A stretch of DNA of 64,000 bases from an uncultured Pseudomonadota bacterium (GCA_963770835.1 CAVYRH010000008.1:32001-96000); one strand, 5' to 3'; counted from the stretch's first letter, positions 1 to 9,976 are shown. The notes: generated by a model not told the origin, from the sequence alone. Program-made: numbers and translations.

Positions 1-1577
1 ACCCTTTCCTCGGGCGGATATTGTTTGGCCATGACCGCGAATTTCCCTCCGGTGACGGGATGGGGGAACTCGGCCACCGCCACGACCGCGCCCCCGGGGT
101 CCCGCCGGATCTTCTCTACGCGAAACCCCATGCTCTTCAGGAACAAATCCGTTTCCTTCTCGAAATTCAGGAGGGGCATTTTGCTCAAATCCGTGACCAC
201 CCCCTTTTCATCCACCACCCGGAAAGTCCAACGGCCGTCGTAAGCCGGCCCCTCCATCAGCTCGGATAGCTTGGAGCCGTCCACCAAATCCACCGCCATA
301 GTGCGGGAAATATTCTTGGCCTCCTCCGTAAACCGCCCCGTGACGATATAAATACCCCGCTTGCAGTCCTCTTCACGGGTCACCTCATCCAATTCCCTTA
401 TGAGATCCGCGTGCACGGGGGCTGTTTCGGGATACTGACGGGCCAGTACCAGGAAACTCCCGCCAACCACAGGGTGCTGGAAATCCACCTGGATCTGGAG
501 GGTGCCGCCGGGCACTTTTTTTACTTTTTGAACGTCAAAGTTCATCTTGGCAAGGACGCTCAACACCAGGTCCTGGAACTGGGCGAGTGGCATGGAACTG
601 AGTTCCTTCCCCTTGAAGGTTTCCTGGATTACCTGGGGTTCTTCCACTATCTTCGGCTTTTCCCACCCCTCATCGACCTTCGTTTTAGGGGCCTCATAGC
701 GGACATTGATCTTGGGGGCGTTTTCCTTGATCCGTTCAATAACCCTGGCCGTTTTACTCTCTTCCACCGGCAGGGGCTGCGTTTCCATGCCGTCGTTATA
801 GCGCAGGTCGAAGGAGGTCAGGGCCTTGAAAGGGGGAAACTTGCTTTTTTGGACGTGCTCAAAAACGTCCCTCTGGGCCTTCACGCTCAAAACGACGCCT
901 TCGTAATACTTGGCCTTGCCGCTGATGAAATTCATCGTGGCATCCACGACGACCGCGGGGATATTTTCCGAGAGAAAAAAGGCCGTCTCCAAAACGTTGA
1001 GAGTATCCGTAAAAAGATTGTCACGAAAAAGTTGGTAATTAGCTTCCACTTTCCCGCCCAATTGAGTATTGAAACGCTTGGCCTGGAAGCGGATACGCGG
1101 CACCATGTCCACGGCATGCACCGATCCAATCTCAATATCAGGATATTTTTCCAGAAGATAGAACCGTAAAATTTCCTCAAAATTACCCATGGCGCCCCTG
1201 CGAAGATGTTCTCGCTTCTCTTCAACCTTGTGCCTTTCCATCCGCAAGAGCCTGTGTGTTTCGGCTTTATGGGCGCTGGTGCGGCGCATATATTGAAAAA
1301 GGAGCGCAAGAAAAATGAGGGAGACGAAAATTCCAACGCCGACGGCTTCCGCTCCGTTTTGTTGGCAGTAATCCCAAAGGCTTTGGAAGAAGGTGTGGAT
1401 CACTCCGTAAACAAAGCTGTTGAATAAGATGATCATAAGGAAGATCACCAGCGCGGCGGTGACAACGGCCCCCACATTGGCTTCGTCCTCGGTATGTCCC
1501 TGTTTCAGGAGGTGGTTTTTGACTTGTTTGGCTCCGGGGATTTTCAAGAGCCGCTCGACCCATATGCTGGAGAGCAT
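1..1577 (-). CDS. Membrane-anchored protein with tandem Mrr-like (restriction endonuclease fold) domains; truncated by left window edge
   Basis: Manual translation, not in ORF track: ATG 1577 after AAGGA, open to the window edge. Two N-terminal hydrophobic helices, then domain 1 (LSSMPLAQFQDLV...FLVLARQY...GIYIVTGRFTEEAK...VDLVDGSKL) and the start of domain 2 (LSKMPLLNFEKE...FAVMAKQY). Confidence 0.75.
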   Translation of the reverse strand, partial: MLSSIWVERLLKIPGAKQVKNHLLKQGHTEDEANVGAVVTAALVIFLMIILFNSFVYGVIHTFFQSLWDYCQQNGAEAVGVGIFVSLIFLALLFQYMRRTSAHKAETHRLLRMERHKVEEKREHLRRGAMGNFEEILRFYLLEKYPDIEIGSVHAVDMVPRIRFQAKRFNTQLGGKVEANYQLFRDNLFTDTLNVLETAFFLSENIPAVVVDATMNFISGKAKYYEGVVLSVKAQRDVFEHVQKSKFPPFKALTSFDLRYNDGMETQPLPVEESKTARVIERIKENAPKINVRYEAPKTKVDEGWEKPKIVEEPQVIQETFKGKELSSMPLAQFQDLVLSVLAKMNFDVQKVKKVPGGTLQIQVDFQHPVVGGSFLVLARQYPETAPVHADLIRELDEVTREEDCKRGIYIVTGRFTEEAKNISRTMAVDLVDGSKLSELMEGPAYDGRWTFRVVDEKGVVTDLSKMPLLNFEKETDLFLKSMGFRVEKIRRDPGGAVVAVAEFPHPVTGGKFAVMAKQYPPEER

Positions 1578-1661
1578 GAATGAAGTTCCTTTTAAACAAC
1601 GTGGTTCAAATTGCCTTTCAATATCGTTTCATGTTAGAGTCCCCCCACTCTGGAGGCAAGC

Positions 1662-2342
1662 GTGGATTTTTTAAAGCGCCTTGAAAAATTGATGACGCGG
1701 CTGCGTTCCAAAAACGGCTGTCCCTGGGATAAGCGCCAGACCCACAAGAGCTTGAAGCCTTATCTTTTGGAGGAAGCCCACGAAACCCTGGAGGCCATCG
1801 ACAGCGGAAAGCCCGAACTGTTGAGGGAGGAACTAGGGGACCTCCTCCTCCAGGTGGTCTTTCACGCCCAATTAGCCAAGGAAAGGGGCCGTTTCAACTT
1901 GCAGGATGTGGCCCAAACCATCGGTGACAAACTGGTCCGCCGTCATCCCCACGTCTTCGGGAAGTCCAGCCGCCGTATCGCGGACATCAACCGCAAGTGG
2001 GAAGAACTGAAACGCTTGGAGAAACCGGAGCGCAAATCCGCCCTGGACGGCCTCCCTAAGTCCCTGCCCTCCCTTTTAAGGGCCCAGCGCATGCACGAGA
2101 AGATTTCAAAGCAGGACAAGGTCCAAAGGAACAAAGAAGTGGAAAAGGCCTTGGAAAAAAGTTGGAAAGGGTTTCGAAAAGCGGTTTCCGGAGGGAATAA
2201 GAAGACCAAAGACAAGGCTGCAGGTGAATTTTTACTGGCTTTCGCCCAATACTCCCATACCGCTGGTATCCACGCGGAAATGGCCCTTCGGTCAGCTTCC
2301 GATAAATATGAAAAAAAATTCAGGCTTTCCGAGCACCGCTGA
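1662..2342 (+). CDS. mazG: Nucleoside triphosphate pyrophosphohydrolase MazG
   Basis: GCPWD..QTH.SL..YLLEEAHE, EELGDLLLQVVFHAQ, KLVRRHPHVF motifs; GGAGG before GTG; second MazG domain degenerate. Confidence 0.92.
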   Translation: MDFLKRLEKLMTRLRSKNGCPWDKRQTHKSLKPYLLEEAHETLEAIDSGKPELLREELGDLLLQVVFHAQLAKERGRFNLQDVAQTIGDKLVRRHPHVFGKSSRRIADINRKWEELKRLEKPERKSALDGLPKSLPSLLRAQRMHEKISKQDKVQRNKEVEKALEKSWKGFRKAVSGGNKKTKDKAAGEFLLAFAQYSHTAGIHAEMALRSASDKYEKKFRLSEHR

Positions 2343-3011
2343 TTAAGCTTGTTTGGCCTGGTAAAGAATCCGGTGGGGCAGTTCCATGGCGGTAAGATAC
2401 CCGCCGTAAACGCAGCCCGTGTCCAGGTCGATGCGATCGCGTGTCAGGTCCACCTTCTCAACGGGAGTGTGGCCGAAAACGACCAGCTTGGGGGTGGGCC
2501 GGGGATCCTGGATGAATTTGCGCCGGATCCACAAAAGATCGTCCCCGTCCTGGGCGTTTAAGGGCCTGTCCAAGTTGACGCCTGCATGGCAGAAAAAATA
2601 ATCGGGGGTCTCATAGGTATAAGGCAGGGCGTTCAGGAACTCCACATGGGTGTGGGGGATGTAGGACTGGAGCAGGATATGGGCCCCTTCCCCGCGTACT
2701 TCGTCCAGTTTTTCCTTAGGAACATAAGATTGCAACGTCTGGTGGCCCCCATTCAATAGCCAGTTCGCGGCCGCCAGGGGATTGGGAGTACCCAACCATT
2801 CCAGGAGCATTTGCTCGTGGTTTCCCCTCAGGAAATGCCAGGTAGGCTTCTGGTTCGCCAAAAGATAGTCCAGGACACCCTTGCTGTCCGGCCCCCGATC
2901 GATGTAGTCCCCCAGGAAGACCAGTTCGTCCCCGTCCTTCATAGGCAATTGGGCGATCAAATCCCTCAAGGCATTGAGGCAGCCGTGGATGTCGCCGATG
3001 GCGTAAATCAT
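2343..3011 (-). CDS. Metallophosphoesterase, PPP Ser/Thr protein phosphatase family
   Basis: GDIHG, GDYIDRG, RGNHE, HAG, FGHTP, DTGCVYGG motifs; GGAGGA RBS. Confidence 0.9.
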   Translation of the reverse strand: MIYAIGDIHGCLNALRDLIAQLPMKDGDELVFLGDYIDRGPDSKGVLDYLLANQKPTWHFLRGNHEQMLLEWLGTPNPLAAANWLLNGGHQTLQSYVPKEKLDEVRGEGAHILLQSYIPHTHVEFLNALPYTYETPDYFFCHAGVNLDRPLNAQDGDDLLWIRRKFIQDPRPTPKLVVFGHTPVEKVDLTRDRIDLDTGCVYGGYLTAMELPHRILYQAKQA

Positions 3012-3081
3012 CAGTCCTCCAAAAATTCCAACGTTGTGAATTTAACCACAGAGGCGCCAACAAAGCCACCGGTAATCGGGC

Positions 3082-4353
3082 TCAAACGACCAGTTTCCGG
3101 GAGGAAGCCCGTTTCGTCGAATAGGCGTAGGTCCCCCATTGGGTCAACCCCAGCAGGAAAACCGCCACCCGGATTCCCGCCTCCCCGAACCGGGCCTGGG
3201 CCGCCCAAAACACTGCCAGCCCGATGAACCTCCCCAGGGCCAAGGGTAGTTCCCGGAGGGTGAGGTATTCCAGCTTCCGTTTGGCCGACCCCGTGGCGCC
3301 CTCAATGACTTCGAAGGAGATGGCGGAAAATCCGACCTGGAACCAGGTGACCCCCACGGCGTAAAGGACCGCGAATAATAAGAGGGCCAGAGGCGACATA
3401 TTGAAGGCCAGGAGGAGGGAGGCCGCCACGATCAACCCCGAGGAGATAGCCAATCCCGTTTGCCGGTGCTTTTGGTGGGCCCAGCGCGAAAGGGCATAGG
3501 CGGTCACGACCGCCAAGAAGGTGGAAAGCATGTTGTAATTGCCCACCGCCATTTCGTTGTGCCAGGTCCGGTAGACGAAAAGGCTGGTTACGAACCAGAA
3601 AAGCCCGCCCCGAAGGCCGCTGAAAAACCAGGCCGCCAGGAGGTTCTTCCAATCCCGCCCCCAAGGCAGGGCCAACACCTTCCTTACCTGAAAATCGCCC
3701 GAGGGCCGGGGTGCCTTTAACCGCCAACTTTGGAAAATAAGGACCAGGTAGATCAACAGGATGAAGCCAAAGACCAAGTAATACCCCAACAGGCTCTGGG
3801 AGGCCTGTCCATCGCCCTGGGTAAAAGAGGCGATTACCCATCCGGAAATGCCGGGCGCGGCGATCTTCAAAAGGGAGCTCAGCAGGAAATAAAGCGAAAA
3901 GAAATAATCCCTGTCTTTTGAGTCGGTCATATCAAAGGTCAGGGCATGCTGGCCCAGATAGTAGAACCCCAGCCCGAAGCCGCCAAGGAACCCCAGGATC
4001 AGGGTATGTTCGGGCGCCGATTCCCTCCACAAAAGCACTGACAGGAAAAGAAGGGCGTGGAAGATGAACCCCAATTGGTAGGACAGGCGGTGCCCGAAAC
4101 GGGGCGAAAGGACCCCACCGATCCAGAAAGCAGCCGGAATTAGCGCGAACTGGAGAATATTGAAAGAAATGACGACGTTCCAATCCTCTTTTTGCCGAAA
4201 AAGGAACACGTTGAAAAAGACCGAGGCGATGGCGTAGCTGAAGTCGTAAAGCCCGATCATCCAAATGAGGGTTTTGGCACTGGGCGGAAGCTGTTTTTTT
4301 ACTCCCAGGTAATGTCCAAGGAATTTGTAGACGTAGGAAAAAATGAAATCCAT
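3082..4353 (-). CDS. MFS transporter
   Basis: 423 aa with about 12 hydrophobic helices in two halves. Confidence 0.8.
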   Translation of the reverse strand: MDFIFSYVYKFLGHYLGVKKQLPPSAKTLIWMIGLYDFSYAIASVFFNVFLFRQKEDWNVVISFNILQFALIPAAFWIGGVLSPRFGHRLSYQLGFIFHALLFLSVLLWRESAPEHTLILGFLGGFGLGFYYLGQHALTFDMTDSKDRDYFFSLYFLLSSLLKIAAPGISGWVIASFTQGDGQASQSLLGYYLVFGFILLIYLVLIFQSWRLKAPRPSGDFQVRKVLALPWGRDWKNLLAAWFFSGLRGGLFWFVTSLFVYRTWHNEMAVGNYNMLSTFLAVVTAYALSRWAHQKHRQTGLAISSGLIVAASLLLAFNMSPLALLLFAVLYAVGVTWFQVGFSAISFEVIEGATGSAKRKLEYLTLRELPLALGRFIGLAVFWAAQARFGEAGIRVAVFLLGLTQWGTYAYSTKRASSRKLVV

Positions 4354-4372
4354 TTAATTCGTCCTTCGGAAT

Positions 4373-4403
4373 AAAAAAAGAGCGGAGAGATTCCCGCCCT
4401 TTT
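4373..4403 (-). terminator. Probable intrinsic terminator after asmA-like gene
   Basis: Minus strand imperfect stem GGGCGGG...CTCCGCTC followed by a T run. Confidence 0.45.
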
Positions 4404-4432
4404 CGAATGGTACTTCTGCCTTAAATTTTTAA

Positions 4433-6739
4433 TTAATGAAACAAGCCCTTCAACTGATTCCCCAAATTTTTTATGGCCGGCTGGGCCGCGTTTTGGACAG
4501 CCGCGCCCAAGTGCTTTTTGACATTGTTTCCGATTCGCCCCGTATCCCAGGTGTAATGATTGTCCGAGACCGGGCCGGTAAACTTGAGGTCCACCGGGAC
4601 GTTCCCGTTGTCATCCTCCATAAAGGAGGGGTCCTTCACCAGTCCGCTGATTTCCCCAGGTAAAGCCGCTTTTAGGGTGTCGGAGTTGATGAAGTCCTTC
4701 TTGATATCGCACTGGACGGACATGTCGGGGGAATAAGCCATCTTCACGATATCAATGCCCCCGTTCTCACGGATAGCGCCCACCTTGCCCGTCGTATTGG
4801 CCGTATAGGAGAAAACCTTGTTCTTCATCGCCAGATTGCCCTCGATTTTCTCGAACCCCATTTCGTCGCTTTGGTCCTTGAGATAGCCGTTGATCGTCTT
4901 AACCACGCCGCCCTTGATCTTGGCGTTGAGAAGGTTGTAATTGCCCGAACCCACCTGGCTGGCAATCATTTGGTCTCCCGACAGGCCTTTTCCCGCCCCC
5001 GAGTAGGCAAAATTCATGGTTCCGTACAGCATGTCCTTGTATTTTGTGAAGTCCTTCGTCGTCACGTAAGCGTCAATGCTGGCATCTACAGCCTTCTGAG
5101 CATTCACGTTGGCCAAGCGAAAGCTGTAACTATAGGCATAGGTGTTGCCGTTGAAGGTAACTGCCATAGCCCCCGAACCATCGAAAGCTTTAAAGGTGAT
5201 TCCCGGAACCTTAATGACGTTATTCACGCAGTTGATATTCCCATTCATGGACTGCAGGTAGGGTTCCTGGGGCAGGGTGATGCCTACGTTCTTCAGGGCG
5301 ATCTGCCCGTTCACCAGGAAAGGCAGGGTTTTTCCCTTGGTGGAAACAAAGGATAGGTCCAAGGATCCTGCGCCGTCGATGGTGGTCTTGCTCAGCTTGG
5401 GAAGCATGCCGGGCAGGCCCTTGAAAGGTAAGGAGTCCGAATGCACCTTGCAGGACCAGCTGGAACCGGCGTAGTGGAAGGAGCCCGTCACCTCCCAATC
5501 GGCATAAACCACCTTGAAGGAGGGGACGTCGTAAATCCCCTGGTTCATCTTGTTGACGCTCTTGAAGTCCACCTTGCAGGCGGTTTTAGCGGCCTTGACG
5601 AAGACATCCTTGTATTGGATGGCCAGTTCGGACCCGTCAGCCGTTCCCGACAGCTCCAAGCCCGCGTTCTTGCTGCCCGAAAGGTGGAAATCCACCTTGG
5701 CCGGGCCTCCAAGGGTGAGGCCTTCCGGCATCTTGGAAAGATTGCTGGGGACCAACCCGGCAAACTTGAGCATGTTCAAGGACGCTTCCCCATCCATCGT
5801 GGGGCTGAAATCTCCGGTCAGGTTGCTGGCATCACCCGAGAGGTTGAAACCCAGGTCATTAACTGTCCCATCTAACACCAAATCCTTGATGGACTGGCTG
5901 GCCAGGAAGTAGCGGACGGACCCCGATAACCCGAACTTGTAGGTCAATTTGTTGTATGAAAAAGGAGTGTCCACCGAGAAGGTAATATTTCCGCCATCCA
6001 GGGAGACGTTCTTAACCTTTACATTCAGGGCGTTGGCAACGGCCTTTTCAACCGGCGAAACCGTCTCGTCCAGGTATTCCAGGTGGGCGTTCTGGATATT
6101 GATGCTGTCTACCGAAAGACTCAGGGACGATTTGGAAGCCTGCCCGCTGGTGCCCGTATCGGCCAAGGCGGAATCCACGAAGAAAGAGGAAAACTGCGGT
6201 TCTTGGCTTGCGGCCGGAATCCAGGCGCTCTTCTTGTGTTTTTTCTTCGCCTTATTTTTGGCTTTGGACTTCGAAACGGCTTTGGGCGTGGGAGCCGGTG
6301 CAACCTGGACCGCGAAAGTTCCCGTCATATCGCTGAAGTTGAATTGGTTCGGGTTGCGGCGCTCCACCAGGATGTCAGGGCTGTTCAAGCGGATTTCCCC
6401 CAGCGAAACCTTTCCGAACAAAAGCGGCCACAAATGATAGGAAATCGAAATGTCCTTGGCAGAAACCATGGGCTTTGCGGCCCAACCTTCGCGGTTGGCG
6501 ACCACTAGGTTCTTGATGTCAAATCCGCTCAACACGTTGAAGCGGACATCCCCGATGGAAACCTTATGTTTAAGCGTTGCGGTCAGTTTTTCCGTGGCAA
6601 TTGCCTTCAGTTTGGCGGGCGGTAACACGATGGGGATAATGATGGCCGCGGCGATTAGCAAAAGGATGAAAACACCGGCGATTAGGCCACCGGTCCACAA
6701 GGCGAATTTCAGGAATTTATTCATCGGTTGCTTGGCCAT
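4433..6739 (-). CDS. AsmA family protein
   Basis: N-terminal TM anchor, ISYHLWPLLFGKVSLGEIRLNSPDILVER...FNFSD AsmA-like start, beta-rich body, VPVDLKFTGP C-terminus. Confidence 0.8.
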   Translation of the reverse strand: MAKQPMNKFLKFALWTGGLIAGVFILLLIAAAIIIPIVLPPAKLKAIATEKLTATLKHKVSIGDVRFNVLSGFDIKNLVVANREGWAAKPMVSAKDISISYHLWPLLFGKVSLGEIRLNSPDILVERRNPNQFNFSDMTGTFAVQVAPAPTPKAVSKSKAKNKAKKKHKKSAWIPAASQEPQFSSFFVDSALADTGTSGQASKSSLSLSVDSINIQNAHLEYLDETVSPVEKAVANALNVKVKNVSLDGGNITFSVDTPFSYNKLTYKFGLSGSVRYFLASQSIKDLVLDGTVNDLGFNLSGDASNLTGDFSPTMDGEASLNMLKFAGLVPSNLSKMPEGLTLGGPAKVDFHLSGSKNAGLELSGTADGSELAIQYKDVFVKAAKTACKVDFKSVNKMNQGIYDVPSFKVVYADWEVTGSFHYAGSSWSCKVHSDSLPFKGLPGMLPKLSKTTIDGAGSLDLSFVSTKGKTLPFLVNGQIALKNVGITLPQEPYLQSMNGNINCVNNVIKVPGITFKAFDGSGAMAVTFNGNTYAYSYSFRLANVNAQKAVDASIDAYVTTKDFTKYKDMLYGTMNFAYSGAGKGLSGDQMIASQVGSGNYNLLNAKIKGGVVKTINGYLKDQSDEMGFEKIEGNLAMKNKVFSYTANTTGKVGAIRENGGIDIVKMAYSPDMSVQCDIKKDFINSDTLKAALPGEISGLVKDPSFMEDDNGNVPVDLKFTGPVSDNHYTWDTGRIGNNVKKHLGAAVQNAAQPAIKNLGNQLKGLFH

Positions 6740-6840
6740 AGGAATCCCTCCATGAAGAATGGGCCTATTGTATTCAATTCATTGGACGAATTGAAAGAAT
6801 GAAGGACGTTCAGGAAAGACTCTTTCAAGCGAGTAAAAAC

Positions 6841-6868
6841 AAAAAGGGCACGGTACCCGTGCCCTTTT
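6841..6868 (-). terminator. Intrinsic terminator after recA
   Basis: Perfect inverted repeat AAAAGGGCACGG-TAC-CCGTGCCCTTTT. Confidence 0.8.
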
Positions 6869-6892
6869 GTGAAGATTGAGTTAGCGAAAGTT

Positions 6893-8106
6893 TTATTTTT
6901 TCAACGCCACTTTGGCCTTTTCGGTCGGCATGAAACCGACATCCTTTTTAATAGGTGCCACATTGGCCGGAATGACCGTTTTGAATTCCTCTTTTACGTC
7001 AGTCTTTCCCTTTTCAATCAGGGTGGCCGGAGCCACGGGACCGCCGGGATTGCTCGTCCCCGCCGGTTTAACCTCCGCCTTGACGCTGTCTTTTCCCTTC
7101 TCAGCGGCCGGAGCTGGAATCAGCCCCGCCTTTTCTTTGATCTTCTTTTCGATCTGCGCGTAGGATTTCCGGATGTTCCTTCAGGAAAGTCTTGGCGGCG
7201 TCCCGGCCTTGTCCAATCTTGGTTCTCGCCATAGCTCAGCCAAGTTCCGCTCTTGTCCACGATGCCCATCTCCACCCCCACGTCGATGAGGGAACCTTCC
7301 TTGGAAATGCCTTCGCCAAAGATAATGTCCACAAAGCCTTCCTTGAAAGGCTGGGCCGTCTTGTTCTTGACCACTTTGACCTTCACTTTATTGCCGATGT
7401 TCTGGTCGCCGCTCTTGATGGCTTCCATCCGGCGCACATCCAGGCGCATGGAGGCGTAAAATTTCAGGGCCCGGCCACCCGGGGTGGTTTCGGGATTGCC
7501 GAACATGACCCCGATCTTCTCGCGGATTTGGTTGATGAAAATGGCGCAGGTATGGGACTTGGAAAGCAGGGCCGTCAGTTTGCGCAGGGCCTGGCTCATC
7601 AAGCGGGCCTGCAGGCCTACGTGGGCATCGCCCATTTCCCCCTCGAATTCGGCCCGGGGCGCCAGGGCGGCCACCGAGTCGACGACAAGGACGTCAATGG
7701 CGCCGGAACGGATAAGGGTATCGGCAATTTGAAGGGCTTCTTCCGCCGAATCCGGCTGGGAGATCAGGAGTTCATCCACATTGACGCCCAATTTCTTGGC
7801 GTAAACCGGGTCCATGGCGTGTTCGGCGTCGATAAAAACGGCGGTTCCGCCAGCTTTTTGGCACTCGGCCACGATGTGAAGGGTCAGGGTGGTTTTACCC
7901 GAGGATTCCGGTCCATAAATCTCAACAATCCGGCCCCGGGGTACTCCCCCGATGCCGGTGGCGATATCGACGGATATGGCGCCCGTGGAGATGGACTTGA
8001 CGTCCTGGACTTTGGCCTCCCCCAGTCGCATGATGGCTCCTTTGCCGTGGTCTTTCTCAATCTGCAGGATCGCCATATCCAGCGCTTTTTGCTTCTCAGT
8101 TGCCAT
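6893..8106 (-). CDS. recA: Recombinase RecA (two apparent +1 indels near 7222 and 7163)
   Basis: [44 protein letters not shown]. Removing two extra bases restores [29 protein letters not shown] and runs to TAA at 6893. AAGGAG RBS before ATG 8106. Confidence 0.97.
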
Positions 8107-8220
8107 TGCCTTCTTCTCCTTGTTCTGGCCCGTAAAGACGGGATTTATAGGTTTTTTGTGTTTTTTCGGTGTCACCTTCCCTTTTGGGAAGGCGGGGTAG
8201 GAAATGTCCCTACGCGCAAC

Positions 8221-8249
8221 ATCCTAAAAGCCTCCCGGCCTCGAGTCAA
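8221..8249 (-). promoter_or_regulatory. Sigma70-type promoter of recA
   Basis: Minus strand TTGACT-17 bp-TAGGAT. Confidence 0.65.
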
Positions 8250-8251
8250 GA

Positions 8252-8277
8252 AAAAAGTATACGGCTGTATACTTTTT
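8252..8277. promoter_or_regulatory. Palindrome abutting recA -35, candidate SOS-type operator
   Basis: AAAAAGTATAC-GGCT-GTATACTTTTT. Confidence 0.45.
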
Positions 8278-8414
8278 AAAGGCTCCGGTTCTCCCCTATT
8301 CCAAGTATCAGCCCAACCCCAGTTAATGGCATTCGTTATGCAATAGTTATAGATGTGAACTAAAGGGGATGCTGAGCCGTCTGAATAAGTGAAGTATCCA
8401 AGAGGTAGCGAGCG

Positions 8415-8546
8415 ATGACCCGGAAAATGAAGAAACTTTCAGCCAATATTATCCTGGATTTTGTGGCCTTTTTGGCCATGTCCGCCGCCTACCTGATCGG
8501 CCGGGCCATAACTGGTTCTTCCAAAGACCGGGATGGGATGATTTAA
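8415..8546 (+). CDS. Putative 43-aa single-TM small protein
   Basis: GAGGT then ATG; MTRKMKKLSANIILDFVAFLAMSAAYLIGRAITG...TAA. Confidence 0.35.
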   Translation: MTRKMKKLSANIILDFVAFLAMSAAYLIGRAITGSSKDRDGMI

Positions 8547-8583
8547 AACTCGCAACCTGCCAGTTTTTTCGACACGCCCGCCC

Positions 8584-9334
8584 TCAAATAAAGTCCCGTG
8601 GATCCTTGACCCCCAAATTCTCCTTTGAGAAAAACGGCTCGCCCGTTTGGGTGCCGATCATGGCCCCAAAATAACGGTTCATGACGTTGATATGTTCCAG
8701 TGCCCGGCTATCCCGGCTTCTTGATGAACTGGCTTTCATAACAACGCACCGCGGCCAGCTTGCGTTCGTGGTGGGCCGAGGTATCCACGATAAAGGAAGG
8801 CTGGACGTTGGGCCGCAGGTGGGAGCAAAGGTGGTAGTAAAACTTGGGCGGGTACCAGGGGTCGCCCTTCATGTCGGTTTTCACCAGCTTGGCCCAAAAC
8901 CGGGCGGCTTGCACTAATTGGCTGGCGCCCCAGTGGTCGGGATGCGCATCCACCCAGTAGGGGGCGAAAACGATGGCGGGTCTGTAGCGCCGCATGACCT
9001 CGGCCACTTTGCGGCGGGCCGGGAGGGTATCCATGAGTTCCCGGTTCTTCAGGGGCAGGATGAGATAGTCGTCCATCCTCAGAATCCGGGCGGCGGCCTT
9101 GGCTTCCTTCAGGCGGGTGTTATGGTTCCCATAGGGGGTCGGCTCCCCGTCGGTCAAATGGCAGACCACCACCTTGGCCCCTTGGGCTTTCAGGGAAAGA
9201 AGGGTGCCCCCCATGGCGATTTCCACGTCGTCGGGGTGGGCCCCGAAAGCCAGGACATCCACCAGCGCGCCGCTTCCTGACGTTCCCCCGGGTGCCACGG
9301 TCTCAAAGGTTTGGATTTTTCTTTTAGATGCCAA
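8584..9334 (-). CDS. bshB1: PIG-L family deacetylase, BshB1-like (one indel near 8712)
   Basis: AHPDDVEIAMGG, DAHPDH, PSFIVD motifs. Adjacent frame continues RYFGAMIGTQTGEPF to TGA at 8584. GGAGG before TTG 9334. Confidence 0.8.
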
Positions 9335-9368
9335 CAAAACCCTCCCAAAACAAACAGCCAAAATATTG

Positions 9369-9456
9369 AACCACAGAGTACACAGAGTTTAAGATTTAGA
9401 TTTTGATTGAACCCAAGCCAAATCCTTACTCTGTATACTCCGTACACTCTGTGGTT
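9369..9456. repeat. Intergenic inverted repeat built of 9-bp units
   Basis: AACCACAGAGTACACAGAG...CTCTGTATACTCCGTACACTCTGTGGTT. Confidence 0.7.
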
Positions 9457-9477
9457 AATTGGTTTTTGCGGTTAAAC

Positions 9478-9508
9478 AAAAAAGGCCTCCCCTTTTCGGG
9501 GAGGCCTT
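9478..9508 (-). terminator. Intrinsic terminator after cold-shock gene
   Basis: AAGGCCTCCCC-GAAAA-GGGGAGGCC followed by T6 on minus strand. Confidence 0.8.
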
Positions 9509-9522
9509 GGAATAGGTGTCGT

Positions 9523-9729
9523 TTAGGCTCCCGTCTTTGTGACGTTCGCCGCTTGCTTGCCCTTCGCCCCCTGCACGATCTCAAACGTTACTTCCTGCCC
9601 CGCCGTCAGGGTCTTGAACCCATCGCCCTGGATGGCCGAAAAATGGACGAACACGTCCTCCCCGCCCTCCTGCTCGATGAACCCATATCCCTTCCCGGCA
9701 TTGAACCACTTCACGCGCCCGGTTGGCAT
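9523..9729 (-). CDS. Cold-shock protein (CspA family)
   Basis: [18 protein letters not shown]...DVFVHFSAI...GQEVTFEI...QAANV, 68 aa. Confidence 0.95.
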   Translation of the reverse strand: MPTGRVKWFNAGKGYGFIEQEGGEDVFVHFSAIQGDGFKTLTAGQEVTFEIVQGAKGKQAANVTKTGA

Positions 9730-9976
9730 CTTTCCGACCCTTCCTTTTCCGCATCGGTATTTCCCTTGCCCACCCCAGTGGCTCCCCTCCGTCGCGTTCC
9801 TGTTACAGGGATGCCGACTCAAGATGCCGCCGGCGGACAAGCCCATCGCTACTGATGCTTACCGCGATGTCATCTCAAGTTTAACGGAAAGAACCGTTTG
9901 TTTTCAATGGCTTTCCCCAAATCCCTGCGGTGGAATCCTTGCTCTTCACACCGGAGGTGGAATCGGGGGGCCCGAT

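Noticed and set aside
411..1674. ORF-track calls at 411-1169, 932-1336, 1206-1427, 1267-1599 and 1420-1674
   Set aside because: Shadows of the minus-strand gene 1-1577.
7150..7230. recA frameshifts as pseudogenisation or programmed frameshifting
   Set aside because: Single-base indels in short runs recur in five unrelated genes with otherwise intact sequence, so sequencing error is the simplest reading. Read polishing would settle it.
7192..8346. 384-aa plus-strand ORF and similar long antisense ORFs (e.g. 17966-19270, 27726-29015, 33498-34793, 37747-39297)
   Set aside because: Antisense to well-supported genes in GC-rich DNA, with no recognisable motifs.
8584..8720. Truncated bshB1
   Set aside because: The conserved C-terminus continues in the adjacent frame after a G run.
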